Assembly (NCBI GenBank): GCA_963719035.1
Contig: CAVRAO010000008.1
Span: 1 to 64,000 of the forward strand
DNA length: 64,000 bases
Reading direction: 5' to 3'
DNA from: Methanobacteriota archaeon
Lineage (GTDB): Archaea > Halobacteriota > Bog-38 > Methanoflorentales > Methanoflorentaceae
A program made the translations under genes and the position numbers. The first letter of the stretch is position 1; every line of letters starts with the position of its first letter. The notes below the pieces were generated by a model, which was not told the DNA's origin, made no database searches, and worked only from the letters and a program-made list of their open reading frames with translations. This document shows, in pieces, positions 51,638-62,433 of this stretch.

Positions 51638-52117
51638 CTACTTTGGTAAGTCTTTCGATGTGGATCGGTCGACTAACTTTGTAGTTCTCTGATAACGGCG
51701 AATGAGTTCGTCTAACTCGCCTACCTTTGATTCGTAAAGCGCTTTTTCCCTCATAAGCCTCTTTTCGTGCCGATCTCGAGCATATGCAATGTGCAAGGAG
51801 GCGGTTTCTTCATCGAGTAAAAAAGCAGAGTGAAACTCTCGTATAGTCAGATCAGTATTACCTTGTTTCTCGTAGGCAACCCCCAAGCCGCTGTGCGCAA
51901 TAACGTCATCAGAATCAACCTTTAATGCCTTTTTATAGCAATCTACAGCGCTTTCCAGCTCACCAGCCTCGTCGAACGCGGCCCCTAGCCCTGTCAAAGC
52001 TATGGGATCGTCTGGATCGAGTTTGAGCGCTTCTTGATACATCTGGATCGCTGCCTCGATATCGTCCTTGTTTAGTAAGTCTGTTGCTTGTGATATGTAA
52101 TCGTCGAGTGAACCCAT
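51638..52117 (-). CDS. TPR protein
   Basis: A..Y..AL.LDP.D..A..GLG repeats. Confidence 0.88.
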   Translation of the reverse strand: MGSLDDYISQATDLLNKDDIEAAIQMYQEALKLDPDDPIALTGLGAAFDEAGELESAVDCYKKALKVDSDDVIAHSGLGVAYEKQGNTDLTIREFHSAFLLDEETASLHIAYARDRHEKRLMREKALYESKVGELDELIRRYQRTTKLVDRSTSKDLPK

Positions 52118-52314
52118 GGTGAGAAGTGCCCCTCAGACTTATAAAGCACTTTCGACTAATCTAGCGGGTCCAATCCCCGCTCTAACGGAGCACTCTTCCA
52201 ATGTTGTTGGCAAAAATCCGGCGCAATGACGCTTCAGGCAATCCTGCTCTCGCAGCATCGCATAAATCTCATCTACTTGCGAGCCGATTGTCGCGATTTC
52301 ACAATCGGGACTGT

Positions 52315-54708
52315 TTAATCAAGCTTGTATCTTTTGAGGCGCAGCGAGTTTGCTACGACCGACACTGAGCTCATCGCCATTGCTGCTGCTGCGAACTCAG
52401 GGCGTAAAAATCCGAACGCCGCTATTGGAATGCCTATGGCATTATAAACAAGCGCCCAGCCGAAGTTCTGACGAATCGTTGTCATTGTTTTTCTAGAGAG
52501 CTTAATGCTGGCAATCACGCCACGCAAATCCGCTTGCAGCAGTGTGATGTCCGAAGCTTCAATTGCGACGTCGGTGCCGGTGCCAATTGCGATACCAACG
52601 TCGGCCTGCGCTAGTGCGGCCGCGTCGTTGATGCCGTCACCCACCATCGCCACGACGCTACCACTTTCCATAAAACGTGATACTTCGGCAGCTTTACCCT
52701 GCGGGAGCACTTCGGCGCGCACGCTTTGAATTCCTATCTGCTCGGCAATTGCTCGCGCGGCTGTCTGATTGTCTCCGGTAAGCATCGCCGCGCTAATCCC
52801 CATAAGCTGAAGTTCACGAACGACGCTCGATGCCTCGCCGCGCACAGTGTCAGCAAGAGCGATACCACCAGCTAACACCCCATCTATCGCTAGCAACATA
52901 AGCGTCTTCCCCTCCGCCTCTAGCTCACGTATCTTGGTTTCCTGTGCGATATCAACTCCATACGCGTTCATAAGCGCCCTATTGCCAAGCACCACCTCTG
53001 CGCTGTCAAGTGATGCGACGACTCCCTGTCCAGCGACAGCTTTGAAGTCCCGTGGAGGGCCCGCCGCGATGCCTAGCTCAGCTGCACGTCGCAAGACTGC
53101 TTGAGCGAGCGGATGTTCAGAACCCCACTCTGCGCTTGCAGCTAAGCGTAGAACGTCCTCTTCTGATAGTGACGTATTGCCGAAGACGTCCGTCACCCTG
53201 AGCGTGCCGTTTGTAAGCGTCCCAGTCTTGTCAAAGATGACGGTCTTGATCGCTTCAGAACGCTCAAGATATTCGCCCCCTTTGATGAGAATACCGTTTT
53301 CCGCCCCAAGACCGGTTCCAACCATTACAGCGGTGGGCGTTGCTAGCCCCAACGCACAGGGACAGGCTATAACTAACACTGCGATCGTTGGCAAAAGGGC
53401 GTCATTAAACGGGAGCCCGAGGAGGGTCCACGCCACGAACGTAAAAAGCGCGGCTGCAACCACACTCGGCACGAAATAACTAGCAGCCCGGTCTGCAAAC
53501 CGTTGGATAGGCGCTTTTGATGTTTGCGCCATGTCCACAAGCCGTACGATTTGCGCTAAAGTTGTGTCAGCCCCAACCTTTGTAGCTTTCAGCTTGAGGA
53601 CGCCCTCGCGATTGATCGTTGCACCGATCACTTCGTCGCCGGGCTGTTTGTCGACCGGCATAGCTTCACCTGTAAGCAGGGACTCGTCAACGGCAGAGTG
53701 CCCCTCAGCAACAACGCCGTCAACCGGTATCTTTTCACCCGGCCGAACGAGGACTATGTCACCAACTTGTACCTCATCGGCTGAAATAGCTCGCTCTAGC
53801 CCCTCTGTGACTACGGTCGCGAATTCCGGTTTTAATTGTAGAAGGGTCCTAATTGCTTCCGATGTGCCACCTTTCGCCCGGGCTTCAAGATAGCGGCCGA
53901 GAAGCACGAATGCGAAGATGAAGACCGAGGTGTCGAAATAGGTATCGCCTGCGATAAAAAATGTCGTCGCTGTACTGTATACAAATGCCGCAATTGTGCC
54001 CAAAGAGACAAGAACGTCCATATTCGCGCTGCGGTGTAATACGGAGATGATCGCCCTCTTGTAGAATCCATAGCCGATGATGACCATTACAGGTGTCGTC
54101 ACCACAAACTGAAAAAAAGGATCCATGAAAAACATTGGGATTGAACTAACGTACGGAGCAAGCATGCCAAGTAGCAAGGGTATCCCGAATATTATAGTGA
54201 ATAAGAACTGATTTCGATAAAGTGCGATCTCGCGTTTTCGAGAGGCCTGTTCCCGGTCGAGTCGCGTAGTCTCAGCGCCTATTGTCGGCGCTTCCGCAAC
54301 CTCGTACCCCGTGTTTCGTATCGTTTTTATGAGTGCATTAATAGTAACAATAGACGGATCATAGTCGATGACTGCCTTAGCAGTCACTACATTGATACTC
54401 TGATCGATAACGCCTGGCACTTCTTTAAGGGCATTTTCGATCGCCATGACGCAAGAGGCGCAGACAATACCCACAACTTCAAGTTCTACACGTTGCGAGT
54501 CTACCGTGTAGCCTACATTTCGTATTGCTTGCACGAGTTGTTTGGGGCTAATGGTATCTGGATCATAGCTTATTTTGGCTTGTCCTAGCGCAAAGTTGAC
54601 AGAGACGTCCGTAACCCCACGCTGATCTGAGAGTTGTTTCTCAATCGTGAGTGCGCACATAGTGCACGTCATGCCAAGTATTCTGAAGGTAACATTTCTC
54701 TCTCGCAT
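52315..54708 (-). CDS. copA: Cu(I) P1B-1 ATPase
   Basis: Two HMA CxxC domains, CPC, DKTGT, YN, MxxSS. Confidence 0.95.
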   Translation of the reverse strand: MRERNVTFRILGMTCTMCALTIEKQLSDQRGVTDVSVNFALGQAKISYDPDTISPKQLVQAIRNVGYTVDSQRVELEVVGIVCASCVMAIENALKEVPGVIDQSINVVTAKAVIDYDPSIVTINALIKTIRNTGYEVAEAPTIGAETTRLDREQASRKREIALYRNQFLFTIIFGIPLLLGMLAPYVSSIPMFFMDPFFQFVVTTPVMVIIGYGFYKRAIISVLHRSANMDVLVSLGTIAAFVYSTATTFFIAGDTYFDTSVFIFAFVLLGRYLEARAKGGTSEAIRTLLQLKPEFATVVTEGLERAISADEVQVGDIVLVRPGEKIPVDGVVAEGHSAVDESLLTGEAMPVDKQPGDEVIGATINREGVLKLKATKVGADTTLAQIVRLVDMAQTSKAPIQRFADRAASYFVPSVVAAALFTFVAWTLLGLPFNDALLPTIAVLVIACPCALGLATPTAVMVGTGLGAENGILIKGGEYLERSEAIKTVIFDKTGTLTNGTLRVTDVFGNTSLSEEDVLRLAASAEWGSEHPLAQAVLRRAAELGIAAGPPRDFKAVAGQGVVASLDSAEVVLGNRALMNAYGVDIAQETKIRELEAEGKTLMLLAIDGVLAGGIALADTVRGEASSVVRELQLMGISAAMLTGDNQTAARAIAEQIGIQSVRAEVLPQGKAAEVSRFMESGSVVAMVGDGINDAAALAQADVGIAIGTGTDVAIEASDITLLQADLRGVIASIKLSRKTMTTIRQNFGWALVYNAIGIPIAAFGFLRPEFAAAAMAMSSVSVVANSLRLKRYKLD

Positions 54709-54943
54709 TTCTGCCCCAAGACGTATACACGTATTAGTATGATTTAAAGTGCTTTGAAAATATCTACGCGTTGACTCTCTACTTTATAGCGACAAACTCA
54801 TCTAAACTCCAATAACGCAGATAGCAGCTGGTCGCTGAATATTACTCGCTGTGTAACTCCTTTGGCGCTGCTGATGTCGTGTCCTTGCAGACTGCCTGCG
54901 GTTTTCCTGCGCATGAGGATAGTCCAGGAGATGACATCGGGGA

Positions 54944-55750
54944 TTATCCGCGTGCAAGATTACTCAGAGCAGATGCTATGAGGATAGCATCAGCGAACGA
55001 CGCCCCTGACCGAGATGTATCAACGAACGTGTACGGGATTCCAAAAAAAGGCGCTCCGTGCCCCTTTCCGCCCCCAAGAAATATAAGTGTTCGAAAAATT
55101 AGGTTTCCGGTAATCCCATCTGGAGCCACGAGTATGTTCGATGATTTCACCGCGTCTTCGATAAGTATGTTATAGTTAGTCGCATCGATACCTATGTTCT
55201 GAAGCTGTTTGGTCAGCGCCTCTGCGGATGTTAGCGTTGCATCAACGGCCTCATTCCTACCTTTATCCTCAGATCTGCCGCCTGCTAACACACCAACTGT
55301 TGGGGCCACGCCGAGCGCGCTGAGGAGCTCTACTGTCTTCATAACGAGACGGGTTCGTTCGAGCATCGATATGCCTTCGTCGATACCGACGGGAAGCAAA
55401 AAGAATTGTCGAGCATCAGAGGTTGAGAGCAGTGCAGAGCGGCACATCTGGCCGGCGCCTGTCTGCTGTTTAAGTTCTTGCAGTGTTTTCCGTGCACTGA
55501 TTGTACCTCGAACAGCTGCGTCGATCGTGCCATCGACAAGCATTTCGACGAGTTTGCGCTCAGGCTCTGATGTTAGCACGACCTCTTGTCCCGCTTCGCC
55601 ACTAGTTCCAACTAACACAATATCAGAAAAACGATTCACCTTAGCCACTGCGCGCAATAAGTATGGATTGTAATGCCCCATACCTATTCCGACTCGGCTC
55701 TTCGATCGCGCAGCGAGTCGTGCAAACTCCCTCAGTATATCCTGTCCCAT
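54944..55750 (-). CDS. mtxX: methanogenesis marker protein Mmp4/MtxX
   Basis: IDAAVRGT, PVGIDEG, GGRSEDKGR, APDGITGNLIFR, VDTSR. Confidence 0.88.
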   Translation of the reverse strand: MGQDILREFARLAARSKSRVGIGMGHYNPYLLRAVAKVNRFSDIVLVGTSGEAGQEVVLTSEPERKLVEMLVDGTIDAAVRGTISARKTLQELKQQTGAGQMCRSALLSTSDARQFFLLPVGIDEGISMLERTRLVMKTVELLSALGVAPTVGVLAGGRSEDKGRNEAVDATLTSAEALTKQLQNIGIDATNYNILIEDAVKSSNILVAPDGITGNLIFRTLIFLGGGKGHGAPFFGIPYTFVDTSRSGASFADAILIASALSNLARG

Positions 55751-55916
55751 CGTGACGCTACAACAACCAGTTACTTTCAGTACTATGAAAACGCTGATAG
55801 GCCGATAAATCCTTTTGCATCTTCCAGTGGAGCGCGGCGAAGTAGTGAACTCCGCGTCAAATACGTATATAAGATGAAGCCACAAATCTTGGCTAAATCA
55901 GACAAAAGGTGATGAG

Positions 55917-56366
55917 ATGCGTATCGATGACATAAACAAGAAGATCTTGTACTTGCTCCAAAAAGATGCACGTATGACGTATAAAGACATTGCCAGGGCG
56001 CTCAGCAGATCGGAGTCAACGATACGCGATCGTATCTCTATAATGGAAGACGACGGTGTTATCAAGGGTTATTCGGCCGTCATTAACAAAGAGAGAGTCG
56101 GCCTCAACTGCAACGCCCGGACGTTTGCACGAATCGACCCAAAGAATCTGGACCGTTGTATTAAAGAGCTTCAAAAAATAGAATCGGTGTATCAAATCAA
56201 CCAGATATCCGGTGATCACAACTTAGAGTTCTCTATCGCTGCCACCGACTACGACCATCTTAGGAGTATATTGAAGGAGTACATATCCCCGCTTGGAATA
56301 ACCGATCTAACTATCAACATCATTATGAATTCGGTCAAAGAGGCTGGGCCGATACAAATCCCATAA
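55917..56366 (+). CDS. Lrp/AsnC transcriptional regulator
   Basis: ID...IL..LQ.DAR....IA..L..SEST...RI...GVI.GY. Confidence 0.92.
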   Translation: MRIDDINKKILYLLQKDARMTYKDIARALSRSESTIRDRISIMEDDGVIKGYSAVINKERVGLNCNARTFARIDPKNLDRCIKELQKIESVYQINQISGDHNLEFSIAATDYDHLRSILKEYISPLGITDLTINIIMNSVKEAGPIQIP

Positions 56367-56424
56367 ACTAGCAGACAACGTTCCCACTAGAAGTCATCGT
56401 TTGCGCGTTTTTCATTTTCGTTTT

Positions 56425-58173
56425 TTAGTGGGAAGAAGCAGCAAACCCACGCTCAAGCATTTCACGCAAAGTTGCTGCAAGCGAAGCAATCGGTCGTCTT
56501 ATCTGTTTCGTCGTGTCCCTATCTCGTACTGTTACAGTGCCGTTTTCAATGGTTTCATGGTCTATAGTTACTGCAAAAGGCGTTCCAATCTCGTCGTGTC
56601 TCCTGTAACGTCGACCGATCGTCCCGGAATCGTCGTATTCCACCAAAAATCCCTCAGCCCGAAGGAGTTGAAAGACCTCCACTGCCTTTTCGTTCAGCGC
56701 TTTAACTAAGGAGAAGACTGCAACTTCGATAGGAGCTAAGCCTCGGGGCAAACGCAGCACGATTCTTCGCTCCCCATCGATGGTGTCTTCGTCGTAAGCG
56801 TGTTCAAGAGTCGTATACACCGTGCGATCGATGCCAAACGACGGTTCGATTACGTGCGGAGTTATAAAATCGCCTAAGACTGACTGCGTAGCGGTTTCTA
56901 TCACATAGCCAAGGGGGTCAATTTCCTGACCTTCGAATATGAAAGGCCCGCTAGGATCGCTTATCGTCGCGAGATAATCAGCCACCTGCTTGGCTTTATC
57001 TTTATATTTTGGACCAAGGAAGTCCATTTTTGGACGGACGACGGTCCGCTCCACCGATTTAGGCTTCGCATATGGCACAAACACCGTCATCTGGAGCCCG
57101 CTCTGCCTCTCGTGTTGTTTCAGATCATAATCTGTTCGATCAGCGATTCCAGCAAGTTCAATCCAACCGTGTTGCGTAAGTCCCTCAGCGTCCCAGCAGT
57201 CAACCGCGTAGTGTGCCATCTCGTCGGGTAAGTGCTGTCTAAACCGAAGTTGCGATTCATGTACACCAACGCGCAAAAAAAACTCCTGGCTGCGCGCGAC
57301 GTAGTAAGCCAAATATTGATGGGCGATTATACCTCTGTCGCACGCCGCTTTGACTGTAGCCTTACCGACGAAATCCTTTGAGAGGATTTCTATTTCAACG
57401 TCCGCTACTTCATCAAACCGAGGGTGAATGCGCTTTTTGTCTGGGTTAACGAACACTTCGATTTCCGCTTGGGTGAATTCACGCAATCTGATCACGCCTT
57501 GGCGTGGTGATATTTCGTTTCGAAAGGATTTGCCAATCTGCGCGACCCCAAAAGGCAATCTGTCTCTGAAAAACCTCAAAAGCTTCGGAAAATCAGAAAA
57601 GATACCTTGCGCGGTCTCAGGTCGAAGGTATCCCTTTCGCTGGGTTCCAGGCCCTATGTGGGTGGCAAACATCAAGTTGAAGTCATGCACGTCCCCGAGA
57701 GGACCTCCGCAATCCGGGCATGTAATCCCGTAAGAATCAATGAGTTCTTGGGTCTTCTCTCTCGAAGGGACGCACGCTTCGGCAATATCAGGCTCACAGA
57801 GATCCGCAGCTATCCCCCTGCTCCTAAGATACTCATTCGCAACATGATCCGCCCTCAGAGTGTGATGGCAGTCGACACATTCAACGATAAGGTCCACGAA
57901 GTTTGACAAGTGCCCAGAAGCGAGAAACACCTCTTCAACGCTTATCGTTGGTGTGTCAATTGGGAAAGCGCCTTCCCCTACGATAAAAATCTCGCGCCAC
58001 GCGTTTTCGACTTTTTGTTTCAGTAGCGTACCCAATGGACCGTAATCCCACAAACCCGCGACTCCACCGTAAATCTCATATGAGGGCCACAGAAACCCGC
58101 GTCTCTTTGCTAACTCCAATACCCGTTCCTTTAAGTCGTCGACATGATTTTCACGATATTCTTCGTGCTCCAT
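56425..58173 (-). CDS. glyS: glycine--tRNA ligase (alpha2 type)
   Basis: LRPETAQG, FRNEISPRQG..RLREF.QAE, EPSFGIDR, IGRRY.R.DEIG. Confidence 0.96.
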   Translation of the reverse strand: MEHEEYRENHVDDLKERVLELAKRRGFLWPSYEIYGGVAGLWDYGPLGTLLKQKVENAWREIFIVGEGAFPIDTPTISVEEVFLASGHLSNFVDLIVECVDCHHTLRADHVANEYLRSRGIAADLCEPDIAEACVPSREKTQELIDSYGITCPDCGGPLGDVHDFNLMFATHIGPGTQRKGYLRPETAQGIFSDFPKLLRFFRDRLPFGVAQIGKSFRNEISPRQGVIRLREFTQAEIEVFVNPDKKRIHPRFDEVADVEIEILSKDFVGKATVKAACDRGIIAHQYLAYYVARSQEFFLRVGVHESQLRFRQHLPDEMAHYAVDCWDAEGLTQHGWIELAGIADRTDYDLKQHERQSGLQMTVFVPYAKPKSVERTVVRPKMDFLGPKYKDKAKQVADYLATISDPSGPFIFEGQEIDPLGYVIETATQSVLGDFITPHVIEPSFGIDRTVYTTLEHAYDEDTIDGERRIVLRLPRGLAPIEVAVFSLVKALNEKAVEVFQLLRAEGFLVEYDDSGTIGRRYRRHDEIGTPFAVTIDHETIENGTVTVRDRDTTKQIRRPIASLAATLREMLERGFAASSH

Positions 58174-58272
58174 TACGAACCTCTTGCTCCTAGCTGTATG
58201 AGCTGCAAACCACTTGCTTTAAGAGATCGCGCTTCTTCAGGGCTACGAGCCACACGTATTTCTTATCCCCCA

Positions 58273-58686
58273 TTACCCAATAAAACGCGAGCTGCTCACG
58301 AGACTGTCGATCCCACGGGCGAGCTGAATGATTCGAAGCCCTCGTTCTATGCATTCAAGCTGCACTTGAATTCGGGCTAAGTCCGTTTCTGTGCTCATTT
58401 TAACGGCTAAGTTTGAGATAAACTCGGCTATTGCTTCGTCTAAAAGTAAGCTTTGACGGGCACGTGGTGATTGCGCTGCTTGGGGGGATTGTGTCTCGAC
58501 TACTGGAGCACGTTCTGTTTCTGTGACAGGTGTTTGCGACGCTCTGTATGAACAAACAGGACACGTCACTTTGCCTTCATACTTGAATAACGGAGAGTGA
58601 CAGGTTTCGCAAGGGTCTGCAAGCATTTTGCCACCACGTTCAAGCAACTTTGATATCTGCTCGAGCTCTCGATCGTCTAACGGCAT
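58273..58686 (-). CDS. UPF0148 / Sjogren autoantigen-1 family Zn-ribbon protein
   Basis: LL.GGKML..CETCHSPLF..CPVC. Confidence 0.88.
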   Translation of the reverse strand: MPLDDRELEQISKLLERGGKMLADPCETCHSPLFKYEGKVTCPVCSYRASQTPVTETERAPVVETQSPQAAQSPRARQSLLLDEAIAEFISNLAVKMSTETDLARIQVQLECIERGLRIIQLARGIDSLVSSSRFIG

Positions 58687-58791
58687 AGTAATTCTAGATA
58701 GCTATTGTTGTTGAAAAGCTTTATGAAGGGCGCGAAACGGGCTGCCCAAGTAACGCGACCCTCTCGCATGACGGGGCTCCCTTATTCACTT

Positions 58792-59529
58792 TCATGCTAT
58801 AGCAGCACGATTGAAAACCTCGCGAAGGGCCAGAGCGTGTTTGCTTTGCGGATCTAACTTCGAGGCAATCGTGAGGTCGTACAGGCCTTCGCCGATTTGG
58901 TCAAGCGCCAAGAAACATATACTACGCACAATATAAAATGACCCTTTACCCAAACCGGTGGAAATACAGCGATCAACGCAAGTCAAAGCCCCTGTATAGT
59001 CACCTAATGCTATCAGTGAGAGAGCTTTGTTGTTTAACGTCTCAAACAAACCTTCGCGTATCGAATCCACTTTATCAAAGCAATCGATTGCTGCTCCAAA
59101 CTCATCAAGTCTCTGCAAAGCGCAGCCTTTGTTGTTAAGCGACTCAAGATAGAGCGAGTTCAAAGAGCTGGCTTTGTCAAAGCAACTGATAGCGCTACTA
59201 TAGCGCTCTAAAAAATAATTACAGAGACCTTTTTGATTCCAGGCGTGGATGTACCCTGGTTCCAGTCTCAGCACCTCATCAAATCGCGCGAGGCTTTCGA
59301 GATACTTGCCCGATAGAGCTAACGTATAGGCTTGGTTGTAGATCCAACCGACTCGCCTGTCTGCCAGCTTGTTGCTTATGTAGACATGCGGAGTTAACTT
59401 GTGCTTTTTTACGGTGGCAACGCTCGACATAAGAAAGCACGTGTCGCGAGCAATCGTTCTGAAATCAACAGAAAAATATCGTTCGAGGTACTCGTTACCT
59501 TGAATGTCCTTAAGAGGCTTTTTCAGCAT
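58792..59529 (-). CDS. TPR protein
   Basis: AW.QKG, NNKG..A..CFDK repeats. Confidence 0.8.
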   Translation of the reverse strand: MLKKPLKDIQGNEYLERYFSVDFRTIARDTCFLMSSVATVKKHKLTPHVYISNKLADRRVGWIYNQAYTLALSGKYLESLARFDEVLRLEPGYIHAWNQKGLCNYFLERYSSAISCFDKASSLNSLYLESLNNKGCALQRLDEFGAAIDCFDKVDSIREGLFETLNNKALSLIALGDYTGALTCVDRCISTGLGKGSFYIVRSICFLALDQIGEGLYDLTIASKLDPQSKHALALREVFNRAAIA

Positions 59530-59789
59530 TTTGAGTGTCTAACAGAGATCGATTGGGTTTCCATTTTCTGCAGTCTCAAATAACTGTGAAAGGCGCTTAT
59601 CAGACGTAATCACGTTCCGTTTGAAAATATGTCGCTGAAGTCTGAGGTCCAAAAGTCGATACCCAACTTCTTAAAGTCTCTTTCTTTCATTTTATGGACA
59701 GGCACGATCAGCGCAGTGTTCGCGACGTTGCATCCCGTGCATCCATCCTTACACAATATCTTTCTTGAGTTGGTCACGTCTACTCCTGC

Positions 59790-60188
59790 TTAACTGGTAA
59801 CGTACGGCCGATCACCCACCATAAACATGAGCCAGTTCTTCGGATCTTTCAAACGAATAAGCTCATATACGCCCTCGAGCTTGCTACCGAGGAGGGCCAC
59901 TTTAATCTTATCCTCTTTCTTTTCGAGCAAGTAGTAGTCCCCTGAATCGAATATCTTAACGGTGCCCGCACCGTATTGGCCCTCCGCAATCTCTCCCTCA
60001 AAGCCAATGTAATCCAAGTCGTGATCCTCGACTTGTACAGCGAGGCGCTTAACTTTCCTTACGCGAGGGACTTCTTTTGGAATTGCCCAGCTCTTTAACG
60101 TTCCGTCCATTTCGAGACGAAAGTCATAGTGATGATGCCTAGCGAAATGCTCCTGTACAACAAAACGACTGCGATAATAACGCATCAT
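59790..60188 (-). CDS. stand-alone LigD 3'-phosphoesterase (PE) domain
   Basis: FVVQEH.A..HYDFRLE..LKSWA.PK, RLAV.VEDH, YGAG.V. Confidence 0.92.
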   Translation of the reverse strand: MMRYYRSRFVVQEHFARHHHYDFRLEMDGTLKSWAIPKEVPRVRKVKRLAVQVEDHDLDYIGFEGEIAEGQYGAGTVKIFDSGDYYLLEKKEDKIKVALLGSKLEGVYELIRLKDPKNWLMFMVGDRPYVTS

Positions 60189-60439
60189 GGAATCTATGTG
60201 AATAATGCGCAATAAACGCTTGCACACAGCAATTTTGGAGTGCTATGTCGCAGACGCGCGTATCCATTACGCTTATATACCCCATAGAACTTCGAGCCAG
60301 AAATCAACGCACGTCAATGCTACCAACTAATTGATCTAAGGTCATAGAAGCACTGAGTCCTGATAGCCCTATTTTTTGGAAACAGAAAGATATAATAGCG
60401 GACGATGCTAAGGGATGATAAAATGTTGGAAGGTTTAAA

Positions 60440-61348
60440 ATGAAGGTAAACGGCGTAAATATTGACGACACCTACGCAGAGGCATTCCCCGTATACGTAG
60501 CACGCGTCTTGATTACGGGCGCAACCACCGCGCTTGCAGAAACTGCTGCAATCGTTGCGACTGGATTTGCTACTTCAGTTATCGGTTGTAGCGCAGAAGC
60601 AGGAATAGATCGCTATGTACTGCCACACGAAACTCCCGATGGCAGACCAGGCGTCATAATTATGGTTGTTCACCCATCCAAGAAACAGATAAAAAGCAAC
60701 CTCGTTGAAAGGACTGCAGAATGTGTTCTCACCGCCGCTACAACCGCTGTGTTTAACGCGTTGGAATCAGAAGAAACCGTGCAGGTAAAGCTCCACTACT
60801 TTGGAGACGGATACGAATATCAGACCACTGTCGGTGGTCGGAGCGTGTGGGCGATCCCCATTCTTGAAGGGGAGTTCATCTGTGAAGAGACCTATGGCGT
60901 GCAAAAGGGTGTTGCCGGGGGCAACTTCTTTATCTACGGCGAAACGCAAGCTTCGGCGCTCTTGGCCGCTCAAGCTGCAGTTGGAGCAATCAAATCTGTT
61001 GAAGGGACGATAACCCCGTTCCCAGGCGGGATTGTTGCATCTGGGTCTAAAGTAGGTTGTCCAACATACTCGACTTTTATGAAGGCGTCTACCCACCACA
61101 GACTTGCCCCGACGCTCAAAGACAAAATCCCTGATTCATTCGTCCCGGACGGCGTGAAGGCAATTTACGAAATTGTAATTTGTGGCCTTGACGAAGGGGT
61201 TATTGCCGAAGCGATGAAGCGGGGAATGTTTGCGGCGACACACGCAGAAGGAATTAAAGGTATATCAGCCGGGAACTATGGAGGGGAGCTTGGACCGTTT
61301 AAGTTCAACCTTCACCAGATTCTCAGCGATTATGCTGATCCAGAATGA
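60440..61348 (+). CDS. ftr: formylmethanofuran:H4MPT formyltransferase
   Basis: DDTYAEAF, TPDGRPG, GVAGGNF, PFPGG..SGSK, SAGNYGG.LG. Confidence 0.96.
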   Translation: MKVNGVNIDDTYAEAFPVYVARVLITGATTALAETAAIVATGFATSVIGCSAEAGIDRYVLPHETPDGRPGVIIMVVHPSKKQIKSNLVERTAECVLTAATTAVFNALESEETVQVKLHYFGDGYEYQTTVGGRSVWAIPILEGEFICEETYGVQKGVAGGNFFIYGETQASALLAAQAAVGAIKSVEGTITPFPGGIVASGSKVGCPTYSTFMKASTHHRLAPTLKDKIPDSFVPDGVKAIYEIVICGLDEGVIAEAMKRGMFAATHAEGIKGISAGNYGGELGPFKFNLHQILSDYADPE

Positions 61349-61495
61349 TCGCTGCGAGTTCCATTTGTCGATAGCAGCCTGTGAAAGCCACAGTCTGACC
61401 GGTAACCAAAAGAGATATATCCTCCCTTAACTTAAGAAGGATGTGGCCCTACGAGAGCTACGGCTTAGCTTTTAAAGGTAACAGGTGAATTAAAT

Positions 61496-62317
61496 ATGGT
61501 GAAATTAGGAATCGCAAAAATAGGTAACATCGTAAGCGGTTTGATGACTGATTTGCTGCTCGACGAGCGCGCAGACCGTGATGATTTTGAAGCGGTGACC
61601 GTTACGAGCGGCACGAAGATGAAAGAAGAAGATGCAGCAAAGGTTGTCGAAGCACTGCTGAAATTTGAACCGGATTTGTGCGTCGTTGTGTCTCCTAACG
61701 CAGCGCAGCCAGGCCCAACAAAAGCTCGAACTTTGTTAAAGGATGCGGGCAAGAAGGTCGTTGTCATTACTGACTCACCAAAGCTGAAGGACAAGCTTGA
61801 GGAGGAAGGGGGATTCGGGTACATCCTCATAAACGCGGATGCGATGATCGGCGCAAGAAGAGAGTGGTTGGATCCTATAGAGATGGCCATTTACAACGCA
61901 GATTTAATGAAGGTCCTTGCGGCAACTGGCACCTTTAGAGTGCTCCACACAGCGCTTGACACTTGTCTCACAGCTATTAAAGAGGGCAAAGAATGCGAGC
62001 TACCTAAGATTGTGATGACTGCAGAAAAGGCGACTATCAATGAATTCAGTAACCCCTACGCACGGGCAAAGGCGATCGCCGCGTACGAGATGGCAGCAAA
62101 AGTCGCCGACGTCAACGTTAAAGCCTGCTTCATGACAAAAGAGTGGGAGAAGTACGTACCCCTGACAGCAGCGTCTCACGATATGATGCGCACGGCGGCC
62201 AAACTCGTAGATGAAGCGCGTGAAATGGAAAAGGCTGATGACACGGTGAAGAGGGCGCCTCACTCGAGAGACGGAGCCATACTTAGTAAGACTAAGCTGA
62301 TATCGAAACCAGAGTAA
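61496..62317 (+). CDS. mtd: F420-dependent methylene-H4MPT dehydrogenase
   Basis: LDERADR, SPN..PGP, MIGARREWLDP.EMA, NPYARAKA. Confidence 0.96.
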   Translation: MVKLGIAKIGNIVSGLMTDLLLDERADRDDFEAVTVTSGTKMKEEDAAKVVEALLKFEPDLCVVVSPNAAQPGPTKARTLLKDAGKKVVVITDSPKLKDKLEEEGGFGYILINADAMIGARREWLDPIEMAIYNADLMKVLAATGTFRVLHTALDTCLTAIKEGKECELPKIVMTAEKATINEFSNPYARAKAIAAYEMAAKVADVNVKACFMTKEWEKYVPLTAASHDMMRTAAKLVDEAREMEKADDTVKRAPHSRDGAILSKTKLISKPE

Positions 62318-62335
62318 TAGTCCAATCTATTACCC

Positions 62336-62359
62336 TTTTTTCCTTTTTTTCCTTTTTTT
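62336..62359 (+). terminator. oligo-T archaeal terminator after mtd
   Basis: Three T-runs separated by cc, starting about 20 nt after the stop. Confidence 0.6.
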
Positions 62360-62433
62360 AAACAATGCGGGATAGCAATCGCTAACGTCTTCAGTCAACT
62401 CGCCCGTAAAAAATGTGCGTCTGAAAAAAAGAG

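Noticed and set aside
52160-52310. Two hairpins downstream of copA as an ncRNA
   Set aside because: Compatible with ordinary terminator or UTR structure; no further support.
54725-54740. ATAC-N8-GTAT upstream of copA as a CsoR-type operator
   Set aside because: Lacks the C/G tracts and no csoR gene is in the window; too weak.
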